Assembly (NCBI GenBank): GCA_036260935.1
Contig: DATALQ010000018.1
Span: 34,378-98,377, forward strand
Source of the DNA: Clostridia bacterium
GTDB lineage: Bacteria > Bacillota > Clostridia > Acetivibrionales > DTU013
Direction: 5' to 3'
DNA: 64,000 nt
In this document: in pieces, positions 44,631 through 53,616 of the stretch
How the letters are laid out: each line of letters starts with the position of its first letter
Numbering within the stretch: position 1 is the first letter of the stretch
Notes under the pieces: model-generated
Database searches by the model: none
Seen by the model: the letters and a program-made list of their open reading frames with translations, nothing else
Told to the model about the DNA's origin: nothing
Translations under genes and position numbers: made by a program

Positions 44631-45668
44631 TTAAATCTGTCTGACGGAATTGCGTTTGATTATCCGGCACGGTATTTTGATGATTCCAGAGGTGCTGCCT
44701 TCGTTGCCTTCAGCCAATGAACCTATCATTATTTCCGCAGATCTCGTGCCTATTTCAATTAAAGGAATCTCGTTTGTAGTAAGCGCAGGTCTTAAATATG
44801 CCGAGACCTCCTTGTTATCATACCCTGCGACGGATATATCCACCCCGGCCTTCATACCGTGCTCCTCCAGATAGTCGTAAACGCCTGCGGCCATTGTATC
44901 GTTCATGCAAAAAATAGCCGTGACGCCTTGCTTGATGATTCTTTCAACTTCCTGGCAGCCTGATTGCCTTTCCCAGTCGCCATATCCGATCAAATCGGGG
45001 TTGTATGGTATCTGATACTCGCGCAATGCCTTTTGATATCCCAGCTTCCTTTTCTGAGTATGCAAATTATCGGCTGTACCGCCAATCACGCCTATCCTGC
45101 GGTGACCCATCGAGATCAGGTGCCGTGTCATATCATATCCGCCCTTCTCATCATCTATAACGACGGAGGTGAATTTAGGCGATTTTGAATAGGAGTAAAC
45201 CACCATGGCCGGTATCTTGAAATCGTCGGGGAAACAATTGATGATCCTGGCGTGTCCCGCAACATACATAATTCCGTCCACTTTGATGGACAGCAGCTCC
45301 TGAATGGCGGGATTCAGTACGGATCTGAATTTTTTTTCGTCATGAAACCAGGTGTTTTTCCACCTGTCATAAAGGCGCATGTTGATCAGAATCGTCCTGT
45401 AATTCATATCTTCACAGCGAGCTATGATCCGTTCAATAATGGGCGGGGAACTAAATTGGCTCAGATCTTCCGTGAGGATGCCGATAATGTTGGTCCTTTG
45501 TTTTCTCATGCCCTGCGCAAAATAGTTGGGCTGGTATCCCGTCTGCTTCACAACCTCGAGAACCCTCTGTCTTGTAGCCTCGCTGACTTTATTCTTGCCA
45601 TTCAATATATTTGATATGGTTGAAGCGGAGACGCCGCACATCTGAGCAATTTCCTTCAGAGTAATCAA
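44631..45668 (-). CDS. LacI-family transcriptional regulator (LacI-2)
   Basis: 345 aa, TTG start. HTH ITLKEIAQMCGVSASTISNILNG plus a sugar-binding domain. Confidence 0.85.
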   Translation of the reverse strand: MITLKEIAQMCGVSASTISNILNGKNKVSEATRQRVLEVVKQTGYQPNYFAQGMRKQRTNIIGILTEDLSQFSSPPIIERIIARCEDMNYRTILINMRLYDRWKNTWFHDEKKFRSVLNPAIQELLSIKVDGIMYVAGHARIINCFPDDFKIPAMVVYSYSKSPKFTSVVIDDEKGGYDMTRHLISMGHRRIGVIGGTADNLHTQKRKLGYQKALREYQIPYNPDLIGYGDWERQSGCQEVERIIKQGVTAIFCMNDTMAAGVYDYLEEHGMKAGVDISVAGYDNKEVSAYLRPALTTNEIPLIEIGTRSAEIMIGSLAEGNEGSTSGIIKIPCRIIKRNSVRQI

Positions 45669-45857
45669 GATTTACAGTTCCTTTCCTGATATTGTCCATT
45701 GTTGCAAATAAATTTAATAATTCCATATTAACTACAAAAAAGTTCATATTGCAATAGTCAGGAACAAAAAAGGTAAATTATTCGATATTGTGAATTGAGA
45801 AAACACTTTCAAAAGAATCATACAGGATGTCAACGTACGGCTTGATCAGGCTGCAGA

Positions 45858-45886
45858 CGAAGAAATGCCGCTGCGGCTGCAGCGGC
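45858..45886 (-). terminator. Terminator after the DUF3892 / micro-ORF unit
   Basis: GCCGCTGC-N4-GCAGCGGC perfect 8-bp GC stem. On the minus strand it is followed by ATTTCTT. Confidence 0.6.
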
Positions 45887-45891
45887 GCGGT

Positions 45892-46029
45892 TCAATCCTT
45901 CTTTGAATAGGCGATCAGTACGATATCCTTGCCCTCTGCCTGTGAAATCTCATTTTCAAGTTTGCTGATCTTGTCAAGGATATTCATTTTTTCCTTATCC
46001 AGTTCGGCATAAGTGTAATTGAAATCCAT
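45892..46029 (-). CDS. 45-aa hypothetical protein (MDFNYTYAELDKEKMNILDKISKLENEISQAEGKDIVLIAYSKKD)
   Basis: Not in the ORF track (<60 aa). Perfect SD AAAGGAGGT 8 nt upstream, overlapping the stop of the DUF3892 gene. Terminator immediately downstream. Confidence 0.6.
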   Translation of the reverse strand: MDFNYTYAELDKEKMNILDKISKLENEISQAEGKDIVLIAYSKKD

Positions 46030-46044
46030 TTTATTTACCTCCTT

Positions 46045-46275
46045 TCAGCCGAAGGTCGGAAGATTATCCAGGTTGTCTCTTTCAGTTCCGTTCAGATTAC
46101 TTCTAAGGTATTCTCTGCCGTTCTTCGCCCGGCCTACGTTAATTCCTTCGATCAGCCCGTCCTTTGCCATTATTATGGCTTCACTGACAGAGTACACATT
46201 TCCGTTGCCGAGCATTACATCGGTTATATCGCCCTCGCTGTTTTTCCTGACTTTAATTATCTCAGCAGTTTCCAT
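46045..46275 (-). CDS. DUF3892 domain protein
   Basis: 76 aa from ATG 46275 (GGAGGT SD). IIKVRKNSEGDITDV.L.NG..YSVSEAI.MAKDG.IEG.NVG....G.EYLRSN.....DNLDNLP matches my memory of the DUF3892 pattern. The listed longer start is rejected. Confidence 0.6.
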   Translation of the reverse strand: METAEIIKVRKNSEGDITDVMLGNGNVYSVSEAIIMAKDGLIEGINVGRAKNGREYLRSNLNGTERDNLDNLPTFG

Positions 46276-46314
46276 ATACGATACCTCCGGTATTATTGTT
46301 GGAGCAAAAAAGCA

Positions 46315-46343
46315 TTTTATACACGTGTGGCAGCCGTATAAAA
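46315..46343. promoter_or_regulatory. Inverted repeat in the divergent DUF3892 / ric intergenic region
   Basis: TTTTATAC-N13-GTATAAAA with an internal CACGTG. A second dyad TGAAAG-N5-CTTTCA lies about 20 nt further on. Confidence 0.35.
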
Positions 46344-46397
46344 ATTTTCCGGCAAGAAACACTTGAAAGAAAGGCTTTCAGAAAGGTGGTCGGTAAT

Positions 46398-47105
46398 ATG
46401 TTCGAAAGTAATCAAAGCGTAGGCGAGATTGTTTCTCGAATGCCGAAGGCAGGAGATATTTTCAAGCAGTACAGGATAGACTTCTGCTGCGGAGGTAACA
46501 GGACGCTGAAAAAAGTCCTTGCCGAGAAGGGCCTCGACGAAGGTGAGATATTGGGCAGGCTGGAAGCAGCCTACAGGGAGGGTGAAACAGGCAGGGCACC
46601 GGCCATGGACTTTACTGAAATGAAGCCTGTAGAGCTGGCAGAATATATTGAGGAAAAGCACCACGGCTATCTAAAAAAAATCATGCCGGAGTTGGACGAG
46701 CTTACTGCAAGGATAATGAAGGTTCACGGGCTGCGCCACAGTGAGCTTTTCAAAGTCCATAAGCTTTTTGCCGCACTCAGGGCTGAGTTGGAAGAGCACC
46801 TCGTGAAGGAAGAAGAGATATTGTTTCCAAAAATCAGGGAATACCAGGAAAGACGGTCTATCAGGCTTCTTGCGGAGATAGGAAGGATAATAAGGGAAAC
46901 AGAGGACGAGCATGAGGCGGCGGGCAAAATACTGAAGGAGCTAAGAGATATAACCGATGATTACAAGGTTCCCGACGATGGATGCGGGACTTACCGAAGG
47001 GCTTATGAAAAGCTTGAGGAAATGGAGACGGACGTTTTCGAGCACATCCACCTTGAGAACAATATCCTGTTCAAAAAGATCGGGGTGGACGTCGATCTGA
47101 TGTAA
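46398..47105 (+). CDS. ric: Iron-sulfur cluster repair di-iron protein (RIC / ScdA / YtfE family)
   Basis: 235 aa from ATG 46398 (GAAAGGTGG SD). N-terminal ScdA_N motif YRIDFCCGG. Hemerythrin-like His/Glu motifs (EEKHH, HLVKEEEILFP, EDEHEAAG, HIHLENNILF). Confidence 0.85.
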   Translation: MFESNQSVGEIVSRMPKAGDIFKQYRIDFCCGGNRTLKKVLAEKGLDEGEILGRLEAAYREGETGRAPAMDFTEMKPVELAEYIEEKHHGYLKKIMPELDELTARIMKVHGLRHSELFKVHKLFAALRAELEEHLVKEEEILFPKIREYQERRSIRLLAEIGRIIRETEDEHEAAGKILKELRDITDDYKVPDDGCGTYRRAYEKLEEMETDVFEHIHLENNILFKKIGVDVDLM

Positions 47106-47202
47106 AGGCGGTGTACTTGAGATATTGGCATGGTTGCTGTAAAATTAGAATAAATTGCCGCGACGGTTGCTTTAAGCATGGCAAATCAAAGGAGTGGTCG
47201 AA

Positions 47203-47637
47203 ATGGTCGAACTAAAGGCGGAGCATGTGCTGCATATCCATGTACAATGCACGGACGGCCTGCTTGTCGGAGATTCTGTTCAGGGTTCGTTGTGCGTTAT
47301 ACCGATTGCCGGCGGAAATTTCACCGGAAAGGACATCAAAGGCAGGGTCGTGCCCGGCGGTGCCGATTGGAACACCCGTGTATCGGACAAGGTATCCCAT
47401 GTTTTTGCCAAGTATATGATCCAGACGGATGACGGTGAATATATAGCGATCGAGAATGCCGGAATACTCAATGATGCTGACTCAGACAGAGTGATCAAAA
47501 CGTCCCCCAGGTTCACAGCCAGAAAAGGCAGTAAATACGAATGGCTTAACGACGGTATATACGTAGGCTCGCTTGAAGTCTCGAACGATCCTCAATATGC
47601 CATTGCAGTTGATATTAACATATACAGAATGCTTTAA
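47203..47637 (+). CDS. DUF3237 (UPF0311) family protein
   Basis: 144 aa from ATG 47203 (AAAGGAG SD). The pattern IPIAGGNFTG..I.G.V.PGGADW......V.....KY.IQTDDGEYI.IEN.G matches my memory of DUF3237. Confidence 0.55.
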   Translation: MVELKAEHVLHIHVQCTDGLLVGDSVQGSLCVIPIAGGNFTGKDIKGRVVPGGADWNTRVSDKVSHVFAKYMIQTDDGEYIAIENAGILNDADSDRVIKTSPRFTARKGSKYEWLNDGIYVGSLEVSNDPQYAIAVDINIYRML

Positions 47638-47694
47638 AGAGTACGATCACGGCGGAGGCCGCTTCGTTATTCAGTTGAACAGAAACATTATCGG

Positions 47695-47735
47695 GCAGGC
47701 CGTCTCTGAAAATGGGAGGGCCTGCTTACTTTTTG
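47695..47735 (+). terminator. Terminator after the DUF3237 gene
   Basis: GCAGGCC-N17-GGCCTGC followed by TTACTTTTT. Confidence 0.55.
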
Positions 47736-47919
47736 GATATTAATGTCATGCGCATAACATAACTGTGCTTCAAATTGCTTTTTCGCTAACCAGGCAGCCA
47801 TCTCTTACTTTATCTGGTGGTAAAACCTAAGAGTACCAAAGGATTTTTTTCAATAATGTCAAATATATTTAATATATGCTGTTTAACGAATGACATATAA
47901 TTTGAAAAGGGGTTAAATT

Positions 47920-50031
47920 ATGACAATTATTGAAAAATTCATGAGCTTTATGCACTTTTTCTCGAGGAACACTTCACGCAGCATCCGGACAAAGCTCATT
48001 TCAGCATTCATGATCACCATTATTCCGATACTCCTTTTGGGAATAGTCTCATTCTACTCTTCCAGGAATGCCTTGGAAACTGTTGCAGTTGACAGTTCTC
48101 TATCGACTCTGGCGCAAAGCAACAATTATTTGAAGCTTGCCATGGCAAATGTGGAAGACCTGTCAATGCAAATAATATCAAACACCACATTTCAAAGTTA
48201 TCTGGATTATAACGGAACCGATGATTACGACTATTACGCTCTGCGGAAAGAGGCGGATAATTACCTGAATACGCTGTTGATCTCCAATAAACTTATATCG
48301 AATATTTATTTTATTCAGGATTCAGGTACTATTTTGGGCGACAAAGGCAATTTGAAAACTGAAGGCCTGAGCCTGGAGAAGCTTAAAAAGAATGAGTTTT
48401 ACAAAAGAGTATTTGACAGCAAGGGAAAATCTGAATGGTATGCAAGCCATTCGGATATTGATAAGAATCCTGATGTATCCACCTATTCCATTAGCCTGGT
48501 TCGATTGATCGGCAGTCTTAAAACAAATGAAACCAAAGGCATGCTGGTAATCGACGTTAAGAAGGATGTAGTTCAAAAGCTGATGGAACAGATTTCAATA
48601 GGGAAAAACTCACAAATACATCTGGTCAGCCCGGACGGGGCAGACTTGACCAAAAGCGCTGCCGCAGCCGGAATACCGGCGGGTACTTCGGAGAAAACTT
48701 CCAATATTACCTCGGAAGACTTTTTCCGAGATATTACTGCTTCTGATGAAATCTCAGGCAATAAACAGGTCACGTACAACGGAACTGATAATCTGCTGGA
48801 GTATGCCAAAGTCGGAACAACCGGGTTTATAATGATCGGTTTGATACCCACGGCGGAGCTTTACGCAGCATCGAGCAGGATTATGGTCACTACGATAATT
48901 TTGATAATTCTGGCCATTGCAGTGTCCGTGCTGATAGGGTTCTTCATTTCCACCAGTATGAGTCGTACGATCAACCGGATAATAAAGGTAGCGGGGCAGG
49001 CAGCCTCGGGGGATCTTACCGTCAGCCCACAATCGAACCGCAAGGATGAATTGGGTACTTTAACGATAAGTATCAGTTCAATGATTACAAATATGCGGGC
49101 ACTTATCAGGCAAGCTGCGACTATAGCGTCGTCCGTGGATTCATCGGCATTGACTGTAGCCACCACTTCCCAGCATGTATCCTCCGTATCCCAGGAAATA
49201 TCCAATGCAATACAGGAAATATCGACGGGTGCTTCATCTCAAGCTACGGATGCCGAAAAAGGTTCACAAAAAATGAACGAACTGGCTCAAAAGATCAATA
49301 TCGTATCAGAAAATTCAAGCGCTATAGAAGCTTTTTCAATCGAAACAATGAATCTTACGCAAAAAGGCCTGTCTTCCGTTTCGGAACTGGACGAGAGAAC
49401 TAAGGAAACAACCAATATAACAAGTGCGATTATCGGTGATATTAAATCGCTGGATCACAACTCCAAATCCATAGGAAAGATTATTAAAGTAATAAGCGGT
49501 ATTGCCGATCAGACCAACCTACTGGCTTTGAATGCCGCAATAGAAGCCGCTCGTGCCGGAGAAGCAGGCAGCGGCTTTGCTGTTGTGGCGGATGAAGTGA
49601 GAAAATTGGCGGAACAGTCCATGAACGCCACAAATGATATAGCTTCAATAGTCAAGGATACTCAGAACCAGACTGATAAGGCTGTGAAGAGGGCGGAAAC
49701 GTCAAGCGGCATATTGAAACTCCAGAATGAGTCCCTGCAGAAGACAATAGACATCTTTAGAAGTATTTCAGGTTCAATGGAACAGCTGGCGGGAAAAGTC
49801 GAGAACACCATTGATGCAATTTCCGAGATGGATAGCTATAAAGTACAAACTGTATCCGCCATCGAGAATATCTCCGCTGTTTCGGAACAGACGGCTGCAT
49901 CCTCACAGGAAGTGACTGCATCTACCCAGGAACAGCTTTCCGGCATCGAAGAACTAGCGGCATACGCACAGCAGCTAAACGAAGCGGCGCACGACCTCAC
50001 TGAGGCAATCAGCAAATTCAAAGTCGAGTAG
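47920..50031 (+). CDS. Methyl-accepting chemotaxis protein (dCache-like sensor, HAMP, MA domain)
   Basis: 703 aa. Two TM segments flank a ~280-aa external domain. Invariant signalling hairpin [40 protein letters not shown]. Confidence 0.9.
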   Translation: MTIIEKFMSFMHFFSRNTSRSIRTKLISAFMITIIPILLLGIVSFYSSRNALETVAVDSSLSTLAQSNNYLKLAMANVEDLSMQIISNTTFQSYLDYNGTDDYDYYALRKEADNYLNTLLISNKLISNIYFIQDSGTILGDKGNLKTEGLSLEKLKKNEFYKRVFDSKGKSEWYASHSDIDKNPDVSTYSISLVRLIGSLKTNETKGMLVIDVKKDVVQKLMEQISIGKNSQIHLVSPDGADLTKSAAAAGIPAGTSEKTSNITSEDFFRDITASDEISGNKQVTYNGTDNLLEYAKVGTTGFIMIGLIPTAELYAASSRIMVTTIILIILAIAVSVLIGFFISTSMSRTINRIIKVAGQAASGDLTVSPQSNRKDELGTLTISISSMITNMRALIRQAATIASSVDSSALTVATTSQHVSSVSQEISNAIQEISTGASSQATDAEKGSQKMNELAQKINIVSENSSAIEAFSIETMNLTQKGLSSVSELDERTKETTNITSAIIGDIKSLDHNSKSIGKIIKVISGIADQTNLLALNAAIEAARAGEAGSGFAVVADEVRKLAEQSMNATNDIASIVKDTQNQTDKAVKRAETSSGILKLQNESLQKTIDIFRSISGSMEQLAGKVENTIDAISEMDSYKVQTVSAIENISAVSEQTAASSQEVTASTQEQLSGIEELAAYAQQLNEAAHDLTEAISKFKVE

Positions 50032-50048
50032 TGCATAGTACAAAATGC

Positions 50049-50066
50049 GAGTCAATCGATTGACAT
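50049..50066. promoter_or_regulatory. Operator-like palindrome GAGTCAATCGATTGACAT
   Basis: The core GTCAATCGATTGAC (50051-50064) is a perfect 14-bp palindrome with a central CG, 20 nt after the MCP stop. Confidence 0.5.
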
Positions 50067-50128
50067 TGGAAAATGCCTTTTAGAAGTGCTGATACTGCTA
50101 TGTTGCGATGCTAATAACGAGAAAATAT

Positions 50129-50168
50129 ATGTCAAATGGTTGACATTTTATTTGATTTAAAGTAATAT
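50129..50168 (+). promoter_or_regulatory. Promoter of ABC system 3 with overlapping dyad ATGTCAA-ATGG-TTGACAT
   Basis: Dyad at 50129-50146. Its right arm is the -35 TTGACA (50140-50145), followed by 17 nt and TAATAT (50163-50168). Confidence 0.6.
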
Positions 50169-50238
50169 CAAATAGTGCCAAGCGATTGCTTATTTACGGA
50201 AACGGCACAAATATAGAGTATTAAATAGGAGGTCAATC

Positions 50239-51627
50239 ATGAAACGTACACTATTGTCGATGGTCCTTGTTATTATGATGCTTAGCGTTCTGTTAACATC
50301 GTGCGGACAGGCGCCTGACACAACCAAACCGGACTCAAGCGTCTCTGCAAGTTCGACTGACGCATCCACCAACGAGGCAAACGCCGCCAGCGCTACCCCG
50401 GCTGACACTCAGAAGCCTGTAAAAATTACATACTTCAATACGTCGGCTGAAGTTAACACAATGTTTGAAAATATGTTCAAGAAATATCACGAACTATTTC
50501 CAAACGTAACCATCGAGCTGATTCCGACAGCTGTCGGAGAAGGACAGCAGGAGAAGCTGCAGTCTCTGTTCGCAGCAGGAAATGGTCCTACGTTCATGAA
50601 TGTCGATCCGGCCAACGTCATACAGTATCAGGACAAATTGTTCGAGATGACGATGGAGAACGCTCCCTGGCTGGCACAAGCCAGTGACGGTGCGGTAGAG
50701 GGCGGAACCTTCGGCGGCAAGATACTGGGAGCTCCGTGGAGCGTTCAGGGCTATGGCTTGCTGTACAATAAAAGGGTTGTTGACAAGGTCTACGGCGGGG
50801 CATTTGATCCGGCAACGATCAATACAAGAGATTCATTAAAAGCATTCCTTGAGAAAATCGAAGCCTCCGGCGTACCTGCAACCATGCTGCATGGAGCCAA
50901 CTGGTCCATGGGCGGTCACTACCTCACGCTGACCTACGCTGTTCAGGGCCCCAAGACTACCGATGGTACAGGATTTATAGATAAATTAAAAGCAGGAACT
51001 GCAAAGATCGAAGACAGTCCGATTTTCCAAGGCTATATGGATACGATGGACCTGCTTGTTGAACACAATTATAACAAGGCTGATCCTCTGGTAGGAGATT
51101 TCAATAAGGACGTTCAGGCCTTCGGCGAAGGGAAAGCAGCAACTTTCTTCATGGGCGACTGGACATGGACTTCAATGACTACCTTGAAAAATGTAGATCA
51201 GGATTACGGCTTCATTCCGGTGCCGTGGAGCAATAACCCGGCTGATTACGGCAATACGCAGATAGTAATGGTACTGCCGAAATTCCAGTCTATCGATAAG
51301 TCTCAAAACACGCCGGAACAGACAAAGGCCGCGTTGGATGCCTTGGGCTGGATGATGACAGACCCGGCAGGCCAGCAGTTCTTCATTGACGCAGGCTTCT
51401 TCATGCCGTACAAGAATGTAAGAACAGACGTTAAATACAATTCGATGACAACTGCAGTCGCGGACTACGCTAAAAACGGTAAAACCATCAATCTCGGATG
51501 TTTCTCTTACATTTCCGGCGACGCATGGACCCAGACCGGCAATCTGATGCTCAAGTATATTTCCAAAGCTGCTACCAGACAAGAGCTGGCGCAGGGAATA
51601 GACGACTACTGGAAGACTGTAAAGTAA
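50239..51627 (+). CDS. Sugar ABC transporter substrate-binding lipoprotein (CUT1 system 3)
   Basis: 462 aa. Lipobox LLTSC followed by a Ser/Thr/Ala linker. AGGAGG SD. Confidence 0.85.
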   Translation: MKRTLLSMVLVIMMLSVLLTSCGQAPDTTKPDSSVSASSTDASTNEANAASATPADTQKPVKITYFNTSAEVNTMFENMFKKYHELFPNVTIELIPTAVGEGQQEKLQSLFAAGNGPTFMNVDPANVIQYQDKLFEMTMENAPWLAQASDGAVEGGTFGGKILGAPWSVQGYGLLYNKRVVDKVYGGAFDPATINTRDSLKAFLEKIEASGVPATMLHGANWSMGGHYLTLTYAVQGPKTTDGTGFIDKLKAGTAKIEDSPIFQGYMDTMDLLVEHNYNKADPLVGDFNKDVQAFGEGKAATFFMGDWTWTSMTTLKNVDQDYGFIPVPWSNNPADYGNTQIVMVLPKFQSIDKSQNTPEQTKAALDALGWMMTDPAGQQFFIDAGFFMPYKNVRTDVKYNSMTTAVADYAKNGKTINLGCFSYISGDAWTQTGNLMLKYISKAATRQELAQGIDDYWKTVK

Positions 51628-51644
51628 AAAACGTTTCGGTTACT

Positions 51645-51677
51645 GGCGGGTGGCGGCCGGATCGGCCGCTATCCGCC
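51645..51677 (+). other. GC-rich intercistronic stem-loop after the binding-protein gene
   Basis: Inner perfect stem GCGGCCG-GAT-CGGCCGC, extended outward to about 15 bp including G-U pairs. There is no U-tract. Confidence 0.55.
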
Positions 51678-51707
51678 TGGTAATCAGGCCCTATGCACAG
51701 GAGAGAT

Positions 51708-52595
51708 ATGATGAAAGCTAAGACAAAGGCACTGAACAATGCAGGACTTTTCGTTATTTTTATGGGTCCTGCACTAATTACGTTTGCTTGCGTGTTGTTG
51801 ATTCCGTTTTTATACGGTGTTTTTCTGACCTTTACCAACTATGATCCGATAAAGGGGACAAAAGATTTTATTGGCTTTGCCAACTTTGCCGCCATTTTTG
51901 CTGATAAGGAGTTTCTTGGCCAGTTTTTGAAGACTCTGAGCTATGTATTCTATTCAACTGTTTTTTGCAATCTCCTGGCGTTTTTATTGGCTTATCTGCT
52001 TACCACCAATATCAAGGCTCAAAACTTTCTGAGAGGCGGGTTCTTCACGCCGAATCTGATCGGAGGAATAATCCTCGGATATATTTGGAAATTCATATTT
52101 GCCAATGTAGTTACGCAGTTGGGAAATTCTTTGGAATTTAAACCGTTGATGACTTCGTTTTTAACTCATCCGGACAGGGCAATCCTCGCTATGATTATAG
52201 TGACCGTGTGGCAATATGCCGGATACCTTATGATGATCTATATAGCCGGGTTCGTCGGAATATCAAGGGATGTTCTGGAGGCTGCCGAAATCGACGGCGC
52301 CACAGGCATGAACAAGCTTTTACATATTACAATTCCTTCAATGGTACCTTCGTTTATTATTTGTCTGTTTATTACCATATCAAGGGGCTTTATGGCGTAC
52401 GACCTGAACCTTGCGCTTACGAACGGCGCTCCGTACGGAGCTACTCGTCTTGCGTCGATGCACATTTATCAGAAAGCGTTCCAGGCAAATCAATATGCCA
52501 CAGGGCAGGCAGAGGCAATCGTGCTTTTCATTGCCGTTGCGATTGCGGCGGTATCACAGGTTCTGCTGACCAAGAAACTTGAGGTGGAAGCATGA
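51708..52595 (+). CDS. Sugar ABC transporter permease
   Basis: About 295 aa. Start at ATG 51708 or 51711, just after AGGAGAG. EAA loop (EAAEIDGATGMNKLLHITIPSM). Confidence 0.85.
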   Translation: MMKAKTKALNNAGLFVIFMGPALITFACVLLIPFLYGVFLTFTNYDPIKGTKDFIGFANFAAIFADKEFLGQFLKTLSYVFYSTVFCNLLAFLLAYLLTTNIKAQNFLRGGFFTPNLIGGIILGYIWKFIFANVVTQLGNSLEFKPLMTSFLTHPDRAILAMIIVTVWQYAGYLMMIYIAGFVGISRDVLEAAEIDGATGMNKLLHITIPSMVPSFIICLFITISRGFMAYDLNLALTNGAPYGATRLASMHIYQKAFQANQYATGQAEAIVLFIAVAIAAVSQVLLTKKLEVEA

Positions 52596-53416
52596 GAAGA
52601 AATAATGTAACAACTTGGGTAAAGTACGTTTTTATTCTGGGTTTGCTCATTCTGTTTATCATACCGTTCTATCTGATGGTGATAAATTCCTTCAAAACGA
52701 CGCAGCAATTTGTCGACAGCCCGTTTTCACTGCCGGATAAAATTGATTTTACCAATTATTTGGACGCCTTTGTAAAAATGAAGTTTCTCAATGGTTTGGC
52801 AAATAGCTTTATTATTACAATCAGCAGTGTTGCCCTGATTATTTTGACCTCTTCGATGGCGGCTTATTTCCTGGTGAGGAATAAGTGGAAAATAAACAAG
52901 ATAATATTCGCGGTATTGGTCGCTTCCATGATAGTTCCTTTTCAAGCCATAATGATACCGCTTGTAAGTATTTACGGCAATATGCAGCTGCTGAACAGCA
53001 AGTGGATTCTGGTATTCATGTACATGGGATTCGGCCAGGCTTTTGCCATATTCATCTTCCACGGTTTCATCAAGAACATACCGTTGGAAATGGAGGAAGC
53101 GGTGCTGATCGACGGCGGAAACAAGCTGCAGTCATTCTTCAGGGTCGTATTTCCTCTGCTGACCCCCGTAGTTGTAACAGTTTTGATACTTGACGTGCTG
53201 TGGATCTGGAATGATTACCTGCTTCCGAGTCTTGTACTGCTTTCCCCGACGCAGCGTACGCTGCCGCTTTCGACGTACAGCTTCTTCCAGTCGTACAGTG
53301 TGGACTATGCGCCGCTTATGGCCGGTATCGTACTGACGATACTGCCCGTACTGATAACGTATATTTTCTGTCAGAAGCAAATCGTCAAAGGGGTCGTTCA
53401 AGGAGCCATCAAATAG
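52592..53416 (+). CDS. Carbohydrate ABC transporter permease
   Basis: 274 aa. 4-nt ATGA overlap with the upstream permease gene. EAA loop (EEAVLIDGGNKLQSFFRVVFPLL). Confidence 0.85.
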   Translation: MRRNNVTTWVKYVFILGLLILFIIPFYLMVINSFKTTQQFVDSPFSLPDKIDFTNYLDAFVKMKFLNGLANSFIITISSVALIILTSSMAAYFLVRNKWKINKIIFAVLVASMIVPFQAIMIPLVSIYGNMQLLNSKWILVFMYMGFGQAFAIFIFHGFIKNIPLEMEEAVLIDGGNKLQSFFRVVFPLLTPVVVTVLILDVLWIWNDYLLPSLVLLSPTQRTLPLSTYSFFQSYSVDYAPLMAGIVLTILPVLITYIFCQKQIVKGVVQGAIK

Positions 53417-53540
53417 CATTCTTCTCGGAAGAAACCGTATATATTTGAAAAATGGAGTATGTAGTCGTTGCATCCTCCATTTTACACATTAAGATGCTTA
53501 ATTCCTTAGTGCTGCTTTAATCGATCGACAACAACCGGAA

Positions 53541-53558
53541 GTGTCATACGGTTGACAC
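53541..53558 (+). promoter_or_regulatory. Operator-like dyad GTGTCAT-ACGG-TTGACAC upstream of the kinase-phosphorylase pair
   Basis: Same arms and spacing as the dyads at 50051 and 50131. The right arm contains TTGACA. An imperfect TTTAATCGATCGAC lies at 53516-53529. Confidence 0.45.
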
Positions 53559-53616
53559 TAACTTCACATACATTCAATTCTTAAAATGCCGGATTAACTT
53601 TTTGTGGGGGATTTGA

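Noticed and set aside
45880-45900. GGTTCAATCC, resembling a tRNA T-loop.
   Set aside because: No complementary T-stem, acceptor stem or anticodon arm can be drawn. The sequence is part of a terminator hairpin and the end of a small ORF.
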